Source: Candidatus Polarisedimenticolia bacterium
GTDB lineage: Bacteria > Acidobacteriota > Polarisedimenticolia > SMYD01
DNA length: 32,859 bases
Direction of reading: 5' to 3'
Assembly (NCBI GenBank): GCA_041580435.1
Contig: JBFGDW010000002.1
Coordinates: forward strand, 1-32,859
Shown: in pieces, positions 8,758 through 19,087 of the stretch
Numbering within the stretch: position 1 is the stretch's first letter
Layout of the letters: the number at the start of each line of letters is the position of its first letter
Notes under the pieces: model-generated
What the model saw: only the letters and a program-made list of their open reading frames with translations
Told to the model about the DNA's origin: nothing
Database searches by the model: none
Translations under genes and position numbers: made by a program

Positions 8758-9381
8758 ATGGACCGACCCAGCCGGATGTCAGCCTCCATTCCCGCCATCT
8801 CCAGCGTGCTTGCCGGCGTCTTGCTGCTCGGCCTCGGCACCTTCCCGGGCTGGGCCCAGCAGGCCGCGCCGCCAGCCGCGCAGGACACCCCGACAGCCAG
8901 GCAGGACAATCCCCCGGCCCAGACCGACGACCAGCGGCTCATGCGCGGCCTGGACGAGCAGGTCCAGGAGATCAAGTCCGAGGTCCTGAGCATCTCCCAG
9001 GAGCTGACCCGGCTGGAGGAGAAGCTGCTGTTCCCGTCGGGGACGCAGGTGGCGGTCTTCGTGGAGCTGGCCCCGGGCGCCACCCTGCGCCTGGACGCCG
9101 TGCGCCTCAGCATCGACGGGCAGCTGGTGACCCACTACATCTACAGCGCCAAGGAGCTGGAGGCCCTCCGCAAGGGGGGCGTGCAGCGCGTCTACGTGGG
9201 CAACGTGGCCACCGGATCCCACCAGATCGAGGTGCTCGTGGATGGCAAGCTGGCCAGCGGGGCGGATTTCACTCACACCGACCGCTTCGGCTTCCGCAAG
9301 GAGGTCAAGCCCAAGCTGCTGGGGCTGACCCTGGCCGGACCGGATTCGGACACCTCCGCCATCACCCTCGCGGAGTGGTGA
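8758..9381 (+). CDS. Exported protein (signal peptide, short coiled coil, beta-sandwich); first gene of the TPR/ExbBD/TonB-like operon
   Basis: SD-like GGGAGAGGG before ATG 8758. Signal peptide ending PGWA|QQ. Coiled coil LDEQVQEIKSEVLSISQELTRLEEKLL. No HTH seen. Confidence 0.8.
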   Translation: MDRPSRMSASIPAISSVLAGVLLLGLGTFPGWAQQAAPPAAQDTPTARQDNPPAQTDDQRLMRGLDEQVQEIKSEVLSISQELTRLEEKLLFPSGTQVAVFVELAPGATLRLDAVRLSIDGQLVTHYIYSAKELEALRKGGVQRVYVGNVATGSHQIEVLVDGKLASGADFTHTDRFGFRKEVKPKLLGLTLAGPDSDTSAITLAEW

Positions 9382-9384
9382 TCC

Positions 9385-11268
9385 ATGCGCCCACGGCACA
9401 CACTCCTGGGGCTCGGAGTCGCCCTGGCCCTGGCCCCGCGTCCGGCGGCGGGCGCTGAGCTGAGGGACCCCTTCTTCGGGGAGGCCCTCTACCACGCCCA
9501 CCAGGGTCAGTTCTTCGATGCCCTTCAGCGCCTGGACGCCGAGCTGGCCCAGTACCACGGCCTGGACGAGCCGGTCCTCGACACCCTCCACTTCCACGTC
9601 CACGACGCCGAGTTCTCCGTGGGGGATTTCGAGCTGAGCTACCGCATGCACCACCGCGCCGGCCGGGCCATCAAGGCGGTGCTGGAGGGGGCGGTGGACG
9701 AGGCGGTGCGCAACGAGGCCGCCTACCGTCTGGCCCGCATCCACTTCCAGAAGGGTCAGCTGGACGACGCGCGTCACGCCCTGGACCGCATCCAGGGGAC
9801 GGTTCCCCCGGACCTCACCGACGACATCGAGTTCCTGCGGGGCAGCATCGCCATGGCCACCGGCCGTCCCGGCGAGGCCGTGGAGGTGCTGGCGGCCCTG
9901 AGGACCGGCGCGGACCTGGCCGGGTTCGCCGCCTACAACCTGGGGATCGCCCTCCTGCAGGACGGCCGGACGGCCGAGGCCCTCGAGCAGCTGGACCGGT
10001 CCGGGCGGCTGGCCGCCACCGACCGCGCCGGGCTCGCCGTCCGCGACAAGTCCAACCTGGTGCTGGGCAGCCTGCTGTTCGAGACCGGCGACTTCACCCG
10101 GGCGCGCCAGGCGCTGGACCGGGTCCACCTGGAGGGGCTGTTCTCCAACCAGGCGCTGCTCCGGGCCGGGTGGGCCGAGGCGACCGCCGGCCAGCACGAC
10201 CGGGCCCTGGTCCCCTGGAACATCCTGGCCGGACGGGAGCCCACCGACGCCGCGGTGCAGGAGGCCATGCTGGCGGTCCCCCACGCCTACGCCAGCCTGG
10301 AGCTCCACGGCCGGGCCGCCCTGCTGTACGGCCGGGCGCTGGAGCTGTACAGCGGCCAGATCGCCCGGGTGGACGCCTCCATCGCCAGCATCCTGGAGGG
10401 GCGGTTCCTGGAGGCGCTGGTACGGGAGGAGAGCCGGCAGGACAGGGACTGGGTCATCCACCTGCGCAGCCTGCCCGACGCCCCCGAGACCTACTACCTG
10501 ATGGAGCTGCTGGCCTCCCACGACTTCCAGACGGCGCTGCGGAACTACCTGGACCTGGAGGACCTGCGCGCCCGGCTTGCGGCCTGGCGGGCCAGCCTGG
10601 ACGCCTTCCAGGACATGATCCGGTTGCGGTCGGCCCACTACGAGCCGCTGCTGCCCGGGGTCGATGCCGAGTTCCGCGAGCTGGACGCGCGCATGCGCCT
10701 GCGGCTGGAGCAGCAGAAGAACGTGGGCAAGCGCCTGGAGGCCATGCTCACCGCGCCGCGGCCGGACCACCTGGCCACCGCCGAGGAGCGGATCGCCCAC
10801 GAGCGGATCCTGGAACTGGAGGAGCGCGTGGGCGACGCGGAGGGCTCCGGGGCGGAGGCGCTGCGGCTGCGGGCGGCGCGGCTGCGCGGCGCCCTGACCT
10901 GGCGTCTGGAGACGGAATACCACCAGCGGCTCACCGAGGCCCATGCGCATCTGCGCGAGCTTGACGCCCACGTGGAGGAGATGAACCGCCGCTACGAGGC
11001 CTTCGTCAGGACCCGGCAGGCGGCGAGCCACAGCTACGTGGGGTACGACACCCTCATGGAGCGTCTGCGCCGGCGGGTGGGCGATGCCCACGAGCGCGTC
11101 GGGATGCTCATGGCCCGTCAGGGGCACCTCATCGAGACCGTGGCCATCAACCGGCTCCGGGCCCGCCGGGAACGGCTTGTGGACCAGCAGACCCAGGCGC
11201 GCTTCGCCGTGGCCGACAGCTATGACCGGGCGGCGCAGGCCCGGGCCGTGGTGGAGGAGACCCGGTGA
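9385..11268 (+). CDS. Exported tetratricopeptide-repeat protein with C-terminal coiled coils (GltC-like by architecture and position)
   Basis: Signal peptide, TPR-like helices (AAYRLARIHFQKGQ, AAYNLGIALLQDG, ALLRAGWA) and a long heptad-rich C-terminus. Stop overlaps the next start (GTGA 11265-11268). Confidence 0.8.
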   Translation: MRPRHTLLGLGVALALAPRPAAGAELRDPFFGEALYHAHQGQFFDALQRLDAELAQYHGLDEPVLDTLHFHVHDAEFSVGDFELSYRMHHRAGRAIKAVLEGAVDEAVRNEAAYRLARIHFQKGQLDDARHALDRIQGTVPPDLTDDIEFLRGSIAMATGRPGEAVEVLAALRTGADLAGFAAYNLGIALLQDGRTAEALEQLDRSGRLAATDRAGLAVRDKSNLVLGSLLFETGDFTRARQALDRVHLEGLFSNQALLRAGWAEATAGQHDRALVPWNILAGREPTDAAVQEAMLAVPHAYASLELHGRAALLYGRALELYSGQIARVDASIASILEGRFLEALVREESRQDRDWVIHLRSLPDAPETYYLMELLASHDFQTALRNYLDLEDLRARLAAWRASLDAFQDMIRLRSAHYEPLLPGVDAEFRELDARMRLRLEQQKNVGKRLEAMLTAPRPDHLATAEERIAHERILELEERVGDAEGSGAEALRLRAARLRGALTWRLETEYHQRLTEAHAHLRELDAHVEEMNRRYEAFVRTRQAASHSYVGYDTLMERLRRRVGDAHERVGMLMARQGHLIETVAINRLRARRERLVDQQTQARFAVADSYDRAAQARAVVEETR

Positions 11269-14200
11269 CCCGCCACGCCATCGACGCGACCGCCCCGATT
11301 GCGGCCGTGGCGGCGCTGGCCGCGGCGGCCCTGGCGTCAGGGTGCGCCGCGCGCCCCGAGACGTCCGCAAGGGGAACACTGGCGGAGCTGCGGCGCGTGC
11401 AGCCGGACGTTGTGGATGTGGAGATCGACCAGGGCCTGGAGCAGGCCATGGACAGCTACCGGCGCTTCCTGGAGGAGACCCCCGAGACCGAGATGACCCC
11501 CGAGGCCATGCGGCGGCTGGCCGACCTGCAGCTGGAGAAGCAGTTCGGGCTGCGGGCGGGCGATGGCAGGCCGCGGGAGATGGCCGCCCCACAGCCGGTG
11601 GCGGCGCGGCGGGACCCACAGGCGGCGCCCATGGCGGCGCCGCGGGCCGGCCAGGCCCTCCCGGCGGCGCGGGGCGGGGATGCGGCCACCACGACCCGGG
11701 GCGTTGCGCGGGAATCGGACCAGGAGTTCGAGGCGCGCACCACCGCCGCCGGCGGCCTCCTGGGCGGCGATGACGGCGGCGCCTACACGGCGGGTCCCGT
11801 GCCCGGCGGCGAGCAGGCCGCGGGTGCCCTGGAGGCCATCGCCCTCTACGACCGGCTCCTCCGGGAGTACCCCGCCTACGAGCACAACGACCAGGTGCTC
11901 TACCAGATGGCGCGGGCCTACGACGAGCTGGGACGCACCGAGGAGGCCATGGCCACCATGGAGCGCCTCATCGCCGCCAACCCCCACAGCGTGCACCTGG
12001 ACGAGGTTCAGTTCCGACGGGGCGAGTACTTCTTCACGCGCCGGAAGTTCCTGGACGCCGAGGAAGCCTACGGCGCCATCCTGGCCCTGGGCACCGCGTC
12101 CACCTACCACGAGCTGGCCCTCTACAAGCTGGGGTGGACCTTCTACAAGCAGGACCTGTACGAGGAGGCCCTGCACCGCTACATGGCTCTGCTGGACTAC
12201 AAGGTCTCCATCGGTTACGACTTCGATGAGGCCCAGACCGAGGATGACGAGCGCCGCGTCACCGATACCTACCGGGTCATCAGCTTCAGCTTCAGCAACC
12301 TGGGGGGACCGGAGGCCGTGGGCGACTACTTCGCCCGCTTCGGCTCCCGCTCCTACGAGGACCGGGTCTACCGCCACCTGGGCGAGCACTACCTGGGCAA
12401 GCTGCGATACGACGACGCGGCGCGCACCTACCGGGCGTTCATCGCGCTGTACCCGACCCACCGGGCGGCGCCGCGCTTCAGCATGGACGTGGTGGAGACA
12501 TTCACCCAGGGCGGCTTCCCCATGCTGGTGCTGGAGTCCAAGCGGGACTTCGCGGCCCGGTACGGACTGCAGGCCGAGTACTGGCGGCACTTCAACCCCG
12601 AGGAGCGGCCCGAGGTGCTGGCCTTCCTGAAGACCAACCTGCGCGACCTGGCCACCCACTATCATGCCCGCTACCAGGAGCCCGAGGACGAGGCCGACAA
12701 GGCGGCCAGCTACCAGGAGGCGCGGCGCTGGTACGGCGACTACCTGGCGTCGTTCCCCACCGAGCCCGACACCCCGCCCATCAGCTACCGCCTGGCCGAC
12801 CTGCTGCTGGAGCACGAGGAGTTCGGGGCGGCGGCCCGGCAGTACGAGCAGACGGCCTACGGCTACGAGCCCCACCAGCAGGCGGCCGCCGCCGGGTACG
12901 CCGCGGTCTACGCCTACCGGGAGCAGCTCAAGGGGGCGGGCGAGGCGGAGAAGGACGCGGTCAAGCGCGACACCGTGGCCAGCTCGCTCCGGTTCGCCGA
13001 CGCCTTCCCGGACCACGAGAGCGCTCCGGCCATCCTGGGCGCCGCCGCCGACGACCTGTACCAGATGAAGGATCACGGCGCCGCCATCGCCGCCGCCCAG
13101 CGCCTCATCGACTCCTACCCCGCCGCCGAGGCGGGCCTCCGGCGCGCGGCCTGGATCGTGGTGGCCCACGGCTCCTTCGAGCTGGCCGAGTATGCGCGAG
13201 CCGAGCAGGCCTACGGCCAGGTGCTGGCGGCCACCCCGGAGACGGAACCGTCCCGCGCCGGGTTCGTGGACAACCTGGCCGCCTCCATCTACAAGCAGGG
13301 CGAGATCGCCCGGCAGGTGGCGGATCACCGGACAGCCGCGGATCACTTCCTGAGGATCCGCGCCTCAGCGCCCACCTCCACCATCCGGGCCACCGCTGAG
13401 TACGACGCGGGCGCGGCCCTCATGGAGCTGGAGGACTGGACCGGCGCCGCCGGCGTGCTGGAGTCGTTCCGGGGCACCTACCCGGACCACCAGCTGGCCC
13501 TGGAGGCCACCCGGCTCCACGCCCTGGCCTACCGCGAGGCGGGCCAGCTTGCCCGCGCGGCGGACGAGTACGACCGTATCGCCGGCCAGTCCGACGACCC
13601 GGCCGTGCGCGGCGAGGCACTGCTGGTGTCCGGGGACCTCTACGAGCAGTCCGGCGCCCGCCAGCAGGCGCTGGACGTCTACCGCCGCTACGTGGACGCC
13701 TTCCCGGCGCCGGTGGAGACGGCCCTGGAGACGCGCCTGAAGATGGCGGAGCTCCACAAGGCGGGGCGCGACCAGGCGCTCTACGAGCGGGAGCTGGCGG
13801 CCATCGTCTGCGTCGAGGCGGACGCCGGGGCGGAGCGGAGCGTGCGCACCCGGACCATCGCGTCGCGCTCGGCGCTGACCCTGGCGGAGAAGCTCCACGA
13901 GGAGTTCCTGCTGGTGCGGCTGCGCCAGCCCTTCGAGGTCAGCCTGCAGGAGAAGAAGCAGCGCATGGACGCGGCTATCGAGGCCCTGGAGCACCTGGTG
14001 ACCTACGAGATCGCCGAGGTGACGGCGGCAGCCACCTTCTACATGGGCGAGACCTACCTGGACTTCAGCCTCGCCCTGGCCGGGTCCCAGCGGCCCGCGG
14101 ACCTGTCGCCGGCGGAGCTTGAGGAGTACGAGCTGGTGCTGGAAGAGGAGGCCTTCCCGTTCGAGGAGAAGGCCATCGACCTGCACGAGGCCAACCTGGA

Positions 14201-14495
14201 GCTGATGCACGCCGGCGTGTTCAACGCCTGGACGGAGAGGAGCCTGGGGAAGCTGGCGGAGCTGGTGCCCGGCCGCTACGCCCGCCAGGAGATGAGCAGC
14301 GGCTACCCGGGGGCCCTGGACACCTATGAGTACCGCTCACCGGCCATGGAAAACGCCCCGCAGGCGGATCCGGGGCCGGCGGCCGCGGCAGCTCCGCAGC
14401 CTTCCTCCACGGCGGGGCGCCATGGCGCCGGCGCCGCCACCGGAGCCGGGACGCGGCCCACCGGGAGCCCGGCGCCCGCCGGCCTGGACGAGTGA
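11265..14495 (+). CDS. Large TPR lipoprotein (GltD/AgmU-like)
   Basis: Lipobox LASGC. Many TPRs ([42 protein letters not shown]). C-terminal [13 protein letters not shown] motif recalled from AgmU/GltD-type proteins. Confidence 0.82.
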   Translation: MTRHAIDATAPIAAVAALAAAALASGCAARPETSARGTLAELRRVQPDVVDVEIDQGLEQAMDSYRRFLEETPETEMTPEAMRRLADLQLEKQFGLRAGDGRPREMAAPQPVAARRDPQAAPMAAPRAGQALPAARGGDAATTTRGVARESDQEFEARTTAAGGLLGGDDGGAYTAGPVPGGEQAAGALEAIALYDRLLREYPAYEHNDQVLYQMARAYDELGRTEEAMATMERLIAANPHSVHLDEVQFRRGEYFFTRRKFLDAEEAYGAILALGTASTYHELALYKLGWTFYKQDLYEEALHRYMALLDYKVSIGYDFDEAQTEDDERRVTDTYRVISFSFSNLGGPEAVGDYFARFGSRSYEDRVYRHLGEHYLGKLRYDDAARTYRAFIALYPTHRAAPRFSMDVVETFTQGGFPMLVLESKRDFAARYGLQAEYWRHFNPEERPEVLAFLKTNLRDLATHYHARYQEPEDEADKAASYQEARRWYGDYLASFPTEPDTPPISYRLADLLLEHEEFGAAARQYEQTAYGYEPHQQAAAAGYAAVYAYREQLKGAGEAEKDAVKRDTVASSLRFADAFPDHESAPAILGAAADDLYQMKDHGAAIAAAQRLIDSYPAAEAGLRRAAWIVVAHGSFELAEYARAEQAYGQVLAATPETEPSRAGFVDNLAASIYKQGEIARQVADHRTAADHFLRIRASAPTSTIRATAEYDAGAALMELEDWTGAAGVLESFRGTYPDHQLALEATRLHALAYREAGQLARAADEYDRIAGQSDDPAVRGEALLVSGDLYEQSGARQQALDVYRRYVDAFPAPVETALETRLKMAELHKAGRDQALYERELAAIVCVEADAGAERSVRTRTIASRSALTLAEKLHEEFLLVRLRQPFEVSLQEKKQRMDAAIEALEHLVTYEIAEVTAAATFYMGETYLDFSLALAGSQRPADLSPAELEEYELVLEEEAFPFEEKAIDLHEANLELMHAGVFNAWTERSLGKLAELVPGRYARQEMSSGYPGALDTYEYRSPAMENAPQADPGPAAAAAPQPSSTAGRHGAGAATGAGTRPTGSPAPAGLDE

Positions 14496-14505
14496 GGGCT
14501 CGAGA

Positions 14506-15267
14506 ATGACTCAGCGCGGAACCAGATCCTCCATGCGCCGGCGCAGCCTGCCGGGAGTGGCCCTGCTGCTGGCCGCGGGCTGGAGCCTGTCCGGCTGCGC
14601 GACCACCGGGCGGCCGTCCGGGCCGGAGGCATCGACAAGACCCGTCCGGTCCGAGAGCCAGCGAGCCAGAGCAGCCCGCCCCGACGGCAAGCAGGGCGGC
14701 AAACAGGCCCCGGAGCGGCAGCCGGTGCAGGTGGACATCGTGCAGGACACCACCGCCTTCACCCTCACCGAGCGGGTGAAGGTCTCCGACGACGTGCGGT
14801 CTGACTACGATGCGGCGGTGGCGCTGCTGGACCAGGGCCGCACCCGGGAAGGGATCGACCTTCTGGTGCAGGTGACCGAGCAGGCGCCCGGTGTCTCCGC
14901 CGCGCACATCGCCCTGGGCACCGCCTACGCCCGCACCGGCGATCTGGAGCGCGCCGAGGCCAGCCTGCAGGCGGCGCTGGAGCTGAACCCGCGCCACCCG
15001 CTGGCCCACAACGAGATGGGGCTGGTGCAGCGGCGCAAGGGGGAGTTCGCGGCGTCCCGGGCCAGCTACGAGGCGGCCCTGGATCTGTACGCCGGTTTCC
15101 ACTACGCCCACCGGAACCTGGCGATCCTGTGCGACGTGTACCTGGGAGACGCCGCGTGCGCCCTGGAGCACTACGAGGCGTACAGCCGCATCGTCCCCGA
15201 CGACGCCGAGGTGCGCAGGTGGATCACCGACCTGCGCAACCGCCAGCGCCGGCAGGAGACCCCATGA
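14506..15267 (+). CDS. TPR lipoprotein (GltE/AglT-like)
   Basis: Lipobox LSGC. TPRs [22 protein letters not shown] and [14 protein letters not shown]. Start ATG 14506 (alternative 14533); the ORF-track start at 14326 lies inside the upstream gene. Confidence 0.82.
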   Translation: MTQRGTRSSMRRRSLPGVALLLAAGWSLSGCATTGRPSGPEASTRPVRSESQRARAARPDGKQGGKQAPERQPVQVDIVQDTTAFTLTERVKVSDDVRSDYDAAVALLDQGRTREGIDLLVQVTEQAPGVSAAHIALGTAYARTGDLERAEASLQAALELNPRHPLAHNEMGLVQRRKGEFAASRASYEAALDLYAGFHYAHRNLAILCDVYLGDAACALEHYEAYSRIVPDDAEVRRWITDLRNRQRRQETP

Positions 15268-15614
15268 AACGCCCCACCTGGCTGCTGACGGCGCTGCTGG
15301 CGTCGCTGCTCCTGGCTCCCGCTGTTTCCCGGGCCGCCGAGGAGGGCGCGGGAGCACCAGAAGCCGAGCCCGCCCCGGAGGCCACCGCCCAGGAGCCGGC
15401 GCCTGACACCGGCCCCAAGCACATCGACGGCATGTCCATCCTGGGGAACCAGGAGGCGCCCAAGTCGCTGGTCATCGTCCCGTGGAAGAGCTCCCGGATC
15501 GGCGAGGGCCTGGGCATCTCGACCCTGCTGGACGACTCCCGCCAGCCCATCGACCGCGACGTGTTCCTGCGGGAGCTGAGTTACCACGAGATCCGGTCCG
15601 GGGACACGCCATGA
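15264..15614 (+). CDS. Small exported protein (GltF-like by size and position)
   Basis: SD AGGAG at 15254-15258 and ATGA overlap with the upstream stop. Signal peptide MKRPTWLL...AVSRA, Pro/Glu linker, motif [17 protein letters not shown]. Confidence 0.72.
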   Translation: MKRPTWLLTALLASLLLAPAVSRAAEEGAGAPEAEPAPEATAQEPAPDTGPKHIDGMSILGNQEAPKSLVIVPWKSSRIGEGLGISTLLDDSRQPIDRDVFLRELSYHEIRSGDTP

Positions 15615-15685
15615 GCTGCTTGCACCATCCCCGCCGGTTGACCGACGCGGGCCCCCAGCGGGCCGGCCACAGGAGGTTCTGACCC

Positions 15686-16336
15686 ATGGAAGGCTTCTAC
15701 TCGTTCGTGCGGTTCTTCGTGTCCGGGGGACCCTTCATGTACCCCATCCTCATCGTCTTCGCCGTGGGGCTCGCCATCGCGGTGGAGCGCTACATCACCC
15801 TCACCCAGGTGCGGCGCCGCAACGAGGCCATGTGGCGGAAGCTGCAGCCCGCCCTGGCCGAGGGCGACTTCGACAAGGCCCGGGAGATGACCAGCAAGGA
15901 CGACTCCACCGTGTCCCAGCTCCTGGCCATGGGACTGGCCCGCCAGGGCGCTGTCCGCCGCCGCGAGGACATCGAGATCGCCATGGAAGAGAGCATGATG
16001 GAGATCATCCCCAAGCTGGAGAAGCGCACCGGCTACGTGGCCCTGGGCGCCAGCATCGCCACGCTGCTGGGGCTGCTGGGGACCATCATGGGTCTCATCC
16101 AGGCGTTCACGGCGGTGGCCAATGCCAATCCGGCGGAGAAGGCCGACCTGCTGTCCGCCAGCATCTCGGTGGCCATGAATACCACGGCCTTCGGCCTCAT
16201 CGCCGCCATCCCGCTGCTGGTCACCCACTCGGTGCTCACGGCCAAGACCGGGGAAATCGTCGATAGCCTGGAGATGGCGTCGGTGAAGGCCCTCAACGTG
16301 ATCACGTCGCTGGCCAAGCGCCAGGTCGCGGTGTAA
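15686..16336 (+). CDS. MotA/TolQ/ExbB proton channel family protein (AglR-like)
   Basis: SD AGGAGG at 15671-15676. Three TM segments. Motifs TLLGLLGTIMGLIQAF and ISVAMNTTAFGL. Confidence 0.93.
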   Translation: MEGFYSFVRFFVSGGPFMYPILIVFAVGLAIAVERYITLTQVRRRNEAMWRKLQPALAEGDFDKAREMTSKDDSTVSQLLAMGLARQGAVRRREDIEIAMEESMMEIIPKLEKRTGYVALGASIATLLGLLGTIMGLIQAFTAVANANPAEKADLLSASISVAMNTTAFGLIAAIPLLVTHSVLTAKTGEIVDSLEMASVKALNVITSLAKRQVAV

Positions 16337-16341
16337 CGGGC

Positions 16342-16824
16342 ATGGCAAGAGCACACCATTACCGCCGGCGCCACAAGGAGGTGCCCGAGCTCGACATGAC
16401 CACCTTCATGAACCTGATGGTGGTGCTCGTGCCGTTCCTGCTCATCACCGCGGTCTTCTCGCGGATCACCATCGTGGAGCTGGACCTGCCCAGCGCCAAG
16501 GGGCCGGCGCCCACCACGCCCACCTTCCGGGTGGAGGTGGTGGTCCGGGACGCGGGGCTCGAGATCATGGACGGCGCCCAGGTCATCGCCGCCATCCCCA
16601 AGGCGGACGGCGCCCATGACCTGCCCAGGCTGTCCGAGTACCTGGTGGCCATCAAGCAGGAGTACCCCCAGAAGGAGGACGCCTCGGTGCTGCTGGAGCC
16701 GGACATCCTGTACGACGACCTCATCCAGGTCATGGACACGGTGCGGAGCGTCCAGCTCACGCAGGACGGCCAGACCTACCGGGCCGACCTGTTCACGGCC
16801 ATCTCCATCGGAGACGCACCATGA
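16342..16824 (+). CDS. ExbD/TolR family protein 1 (Asn at the canonical TM Asp position)
   Basis: Basic N-terminus, single TM ELDMTTFMNLMVVLVPFLL, periplasmic motif EPDILYDDLIQVMDTVR. Confidence 0.9.
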   Translation: MARAHHYRRRHKEVPELDMTTFMNLMVVLVPFLLITAVFSRITIVELDLPSAKGPAPTTPTFRVEVVVRDAGLEIMDGAQVIAAIPKADGAHDLPRLSEYLVAIKQEYPQKEDASVLLEPDILYDDLIQVMDTVRSVQLTQDGQTYRADLFTAISIGDAP

Positions 16825-17324
16825 GGTCCTCGCGCCGGATCGAGCGCATGAAGCGCAGCCGCGGCAAGCGCACGGCGTCCAGGCTCAACCTGACGCCGCT
16901 CATGGACGTGTTCACGGTCCTGGTGTTCTTCCTCATGGTGAACTCGGCCACCGTGGAGACGCTGCAGCAGCCCAAGGAGATCACCCTGCCTGAGTCGGTG
17001 GTGGAGGACAAGCCCCGGGAGACGGTGGTGATCTTCGTGGGGCTGGACCAGGTGCTGGTCCAGGGCGTGCCCGTGGCCCGCGTGGCCGACATCCACGCCT
17101 CCCAGGCCGCCGTCATCGAGCCCATCAGCGAGCGGCTGGCCGAGCTGAGCCGGAGCGTCATCGGGCTGAGCACCCAGGCCGTGGCCGAGAGCCAGGAGGT
17201 CACCGTCCTGGCCGACAAGGCGGTGCCCTTCAGCGTCCTCAAGAAGATCATGGCCACCTGCACGGGACAGGGGTACACCCGCGTGTCCCTGGCGGTGGTC
17301 CAGAAACCCACCCAGTCGACCTGA
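16821..17324 (+). CDS. ExbD/TolR family protein 2
   Basis: TM LNLTPLMDVFTVLVFFL with the canonical Asp; motif ADKAVPFSVLKKIM. ATGA overlap at 16821-16824. Confidence 0.92.
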   Translation: MRSSRRIERMKRSRGKRTASRLNLTPLMDVFTVLVFFLMVNSATVETLQQPKEITLPESVVEDKPRETVVIFVGLDQVLVQGVPVARVADIHASQAAVIEPISERLAELSRSVIGLSTQAVAESQEVTVLADKAVPFSVLKKIMATCTGQGYTRVSLAVVQKPTQST

Positions 17325-17348
17325 TACTCACGTGACCAGGTGCAGCCC

Positions 17349-18842
17349 ATGAAGCCTCAGGAAGAACAGGAACTCCTCGTCCAGATCGAGCAGGTCAGCG
17401 ACCGGCTCGCGGGCCTGCGCGGCGATCTCCGCGCGGTGGAGGGCGAGGTGGAGAGCCTGGCCCCGCAGCGCGAGCATCATGAGCTGCTGCACCGGGCCTG
17501 CGACTCGCTGGAGAAGCTGGGCGAGATGGGCGCCGCATCGCTGTTCTGGGGCGACGGCGTGGACATCCAGCGCATCTCAGACCGCCTGAGCGGCGCGCGG
17601 GAGAAGGTGAGCGCCTTCCAGACCCACCTGGACGAGCTGGATGCCCGGCGCCAGGAGCTCCTGTCCCGCATCGCCCGTGAGAGCGGCAACCTGGAGATCC
17701 TGGACGTCGACCTGGACGAGATCCGCGAGGCCGAGGAACGCCGCAAGCAGGAATGGATCGTGGAGCGGGAGATGGGGCCGGAGCCGGCCCGGGCACGGCA
17801 GATGGCCTGGACCCGGGGCGGCGAGGACGACCGCCGCTTCCGCCGCTCCCTGGCCGCGTCCCTGGCCATCAGCGTGATCTTCGGGGCCCTCCTCCCCACC
17901 ATCGATCTGCCTGTCCCGGCGCGCTTCCTGCCCGAGGAGATGCCCAGGCGCCTGGCCCAGCTGGTGCGCGAGGAGCAGGCCCGGTTCATGACGCCGCCGC
18001 CCGCCCCGGAGCCGCCGCAGCCCAAGAAGACCGAACCGGAGAAGCCCAAGCCCCAGGACAAGCCGAAGCAGGCCGAGCCCCAGCCCGAGGCGCCCGCCAT
18101 CGCCTCGGCCAAGCCGCTGCCCCAGGACAACGAGCCGCTGGCCCCCTTCCTGGGAGGCGGCCCGCCCGGCCCCGAGGCGCCGGCGGTGGCCGAGCCGCCT
18201 CCCAGGCAGGTGGCCCAGGCCGGCATCCTGGCCTTCAAGGACAAGTTCGCCAGCCTGGCCCAGGACAAGGTGGGGCCGCGCCTGGGCGCCGACGCGCGCC
18301 TGAGCAACGCCGATGACTCCAGCCGCGGCGCCATGCCCACGCGCTCCATGCTCACCACCAACGCTCCCGGCTCCTCCGGTGGCATCAACCTGGCCTCCCT
18401 GAGCCGCAACGTGGGCGGCGGCGGGGGCGGCTCGGGTGGTGGCGGCGGCGGCGGCGGTCTGCACGGCGTCCAGGTGGGGCGCGCCACCAGCGCCATTGCC
18501 GGGATCGGCGGCGGCGGCCGGCCCATGGCACGGGGGGGGCCGGGCCCGTCCCGCACCGACGAGGAGATCCAGATCGTCTTCGACCGCTACAAGGCGTCGT
18601 TCTACCGGCTCTACAACCGGGAGCTGCGCAACGACCCGACGCTGCAGGGGCAGATGGTGCTGCGCCTGACCATCGAGCCCGACGGCAGCGTGTCCATGTG
18701 CAAGCTGGAGTCAAGCGACATGGACGCGCCGGCGCTGGCCGCCCAGGTGGTGGAGCGGGTGCTCACCATCAACTTCGGGGCGAAGGAAGGGGTGCAGGCC
18801 CTGACCATCGTCTATCCCATCGACTTCCTGCCGGCGGCTTGA
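17349..18842 (+). CDS. TonB-like energy transducer with AgmX/PglI-type C-terminal domain (GltG-like) and an N-terminal coiled coil
   Basis: N-terminal coiled coil, one TM (SLAASLAISVIFGALL), Pro/Lys/Glu-rich linker, Gly-rich tract, and a TonB_C-like domain (YNRELRNDPTLQGQMVLRLTIEPDGSV...YPIDF). Start ATG 17349 or GTG 17340. Confidence 0.85.
   Translation: MKPQEEQELLVQIEQVSDRLAGLRGDLRAVEGEVESLAPQREHHELLHRACDSLEKLGEMGAASLFWGDGVDIQRISDRLSGAREKVSAFQTHLDELDARRQELLSRIARESGNLEILDVDLDEIREAEERRKQEWIVEREMGPEPARARQMAWTRGGEDDRRFRRSLAASLAISVIFGALLPTIDLPVPARFLPEEMPRRLAQLVREEQARFMTPPPAPEPPQPKKTEPEKPKPQDKPKQAEPQPEAPAIASAKPLPQDNEPLAPFLGGGPPGPEAPAVAEPPPRQVAQAGILAFKDKFASLAQDKVGPRLGADARLSNADDSSRGAMPTRSMLTTNAPGSSGGINLASLSRNVGGGGGGSGGGGGGGGLHGVQVGRATSAIAGIGGGGRPMARGGPGPSRTDEEIQIVFDRYKASFYRLYNRELRNDPTLQGQMVLRLTIEPDGSVSMCKLESSDMDAPALAAQVVERVLTINFGAKEGVQALTIVYPIDFLPAA
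18412..18458 (+). repeat. Imperfect (GGC/GGT)n tract encoding a poly-Gly linker
   Basis: Encodes GGGGGGSGGGGGGGG inside the TonB-like gene. Confidence 0.7.
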
Positions 18843-18924
18843 CGTCCGCGACGGCAGGATCATGACCCGGATACCAGGAGGTCTTCCCAGACTGCAGAGC
18901 TGATCAGCACAGCACGACGCGATT

Positions 18925-19012
18925 TTGACAAGGGCAAAGCCATCGAAAGATGGCGACGCAAAGTCACCGGTCTAAAGGGCCACACGGGCCTCATGACAGC
19001 GGGACCGCCGGA
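18925..19012 (+). ncRNA. Cyclic di-GMP-I (GEMM) riboswitch aptamer
   Basis: AGGGCAAA-GCCATC-GAAA-GATGGC-GACGCAAAG-TCACCGGTCTAAA..ATGACAGCGGGACCGCCG. It shows P2 with a GAAA tetraloop (18945-18948), the GACGCAAA junction, the CTAAA tetraloop receptor and the TAGCGGG-like P3 3' strand. Equivalents of Vc2 ligand residues G20 (18933), A47 (18960) and C92 (19008) are present by eye. Confidence 0.93.
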
Positions 19013-19087
19013 ATCCGGTCCACCCCGTGGACGGCCTCGGTCCCCCCTGTCGTGAGCAGACCCGTGGAGAGGGGAACGAGGGCGGAC

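Noticed and set aside
8779-11619. 946-aa minus-strand ORF
   Set aside because: Antisense shadow of the TPR operon genes; no recognisable domain.
15686-18842. Interpretation as an ordinary TonB-ExbBD uptake or Tol-Pal system
   Set aside because: No TonB-dependent receptor, TolB or Pal in the window; two ExbDs, three TPR genes and an AgmX/PglI-type domain fit the Agl-Glt-like class better.
18950-19087. N-terminal extension of the DUF11 ORF as given in the ORF track
   Set aside because: It starts inside the riboswitch P2 stem; the signal peptide fits a start at 19088 or 19115.
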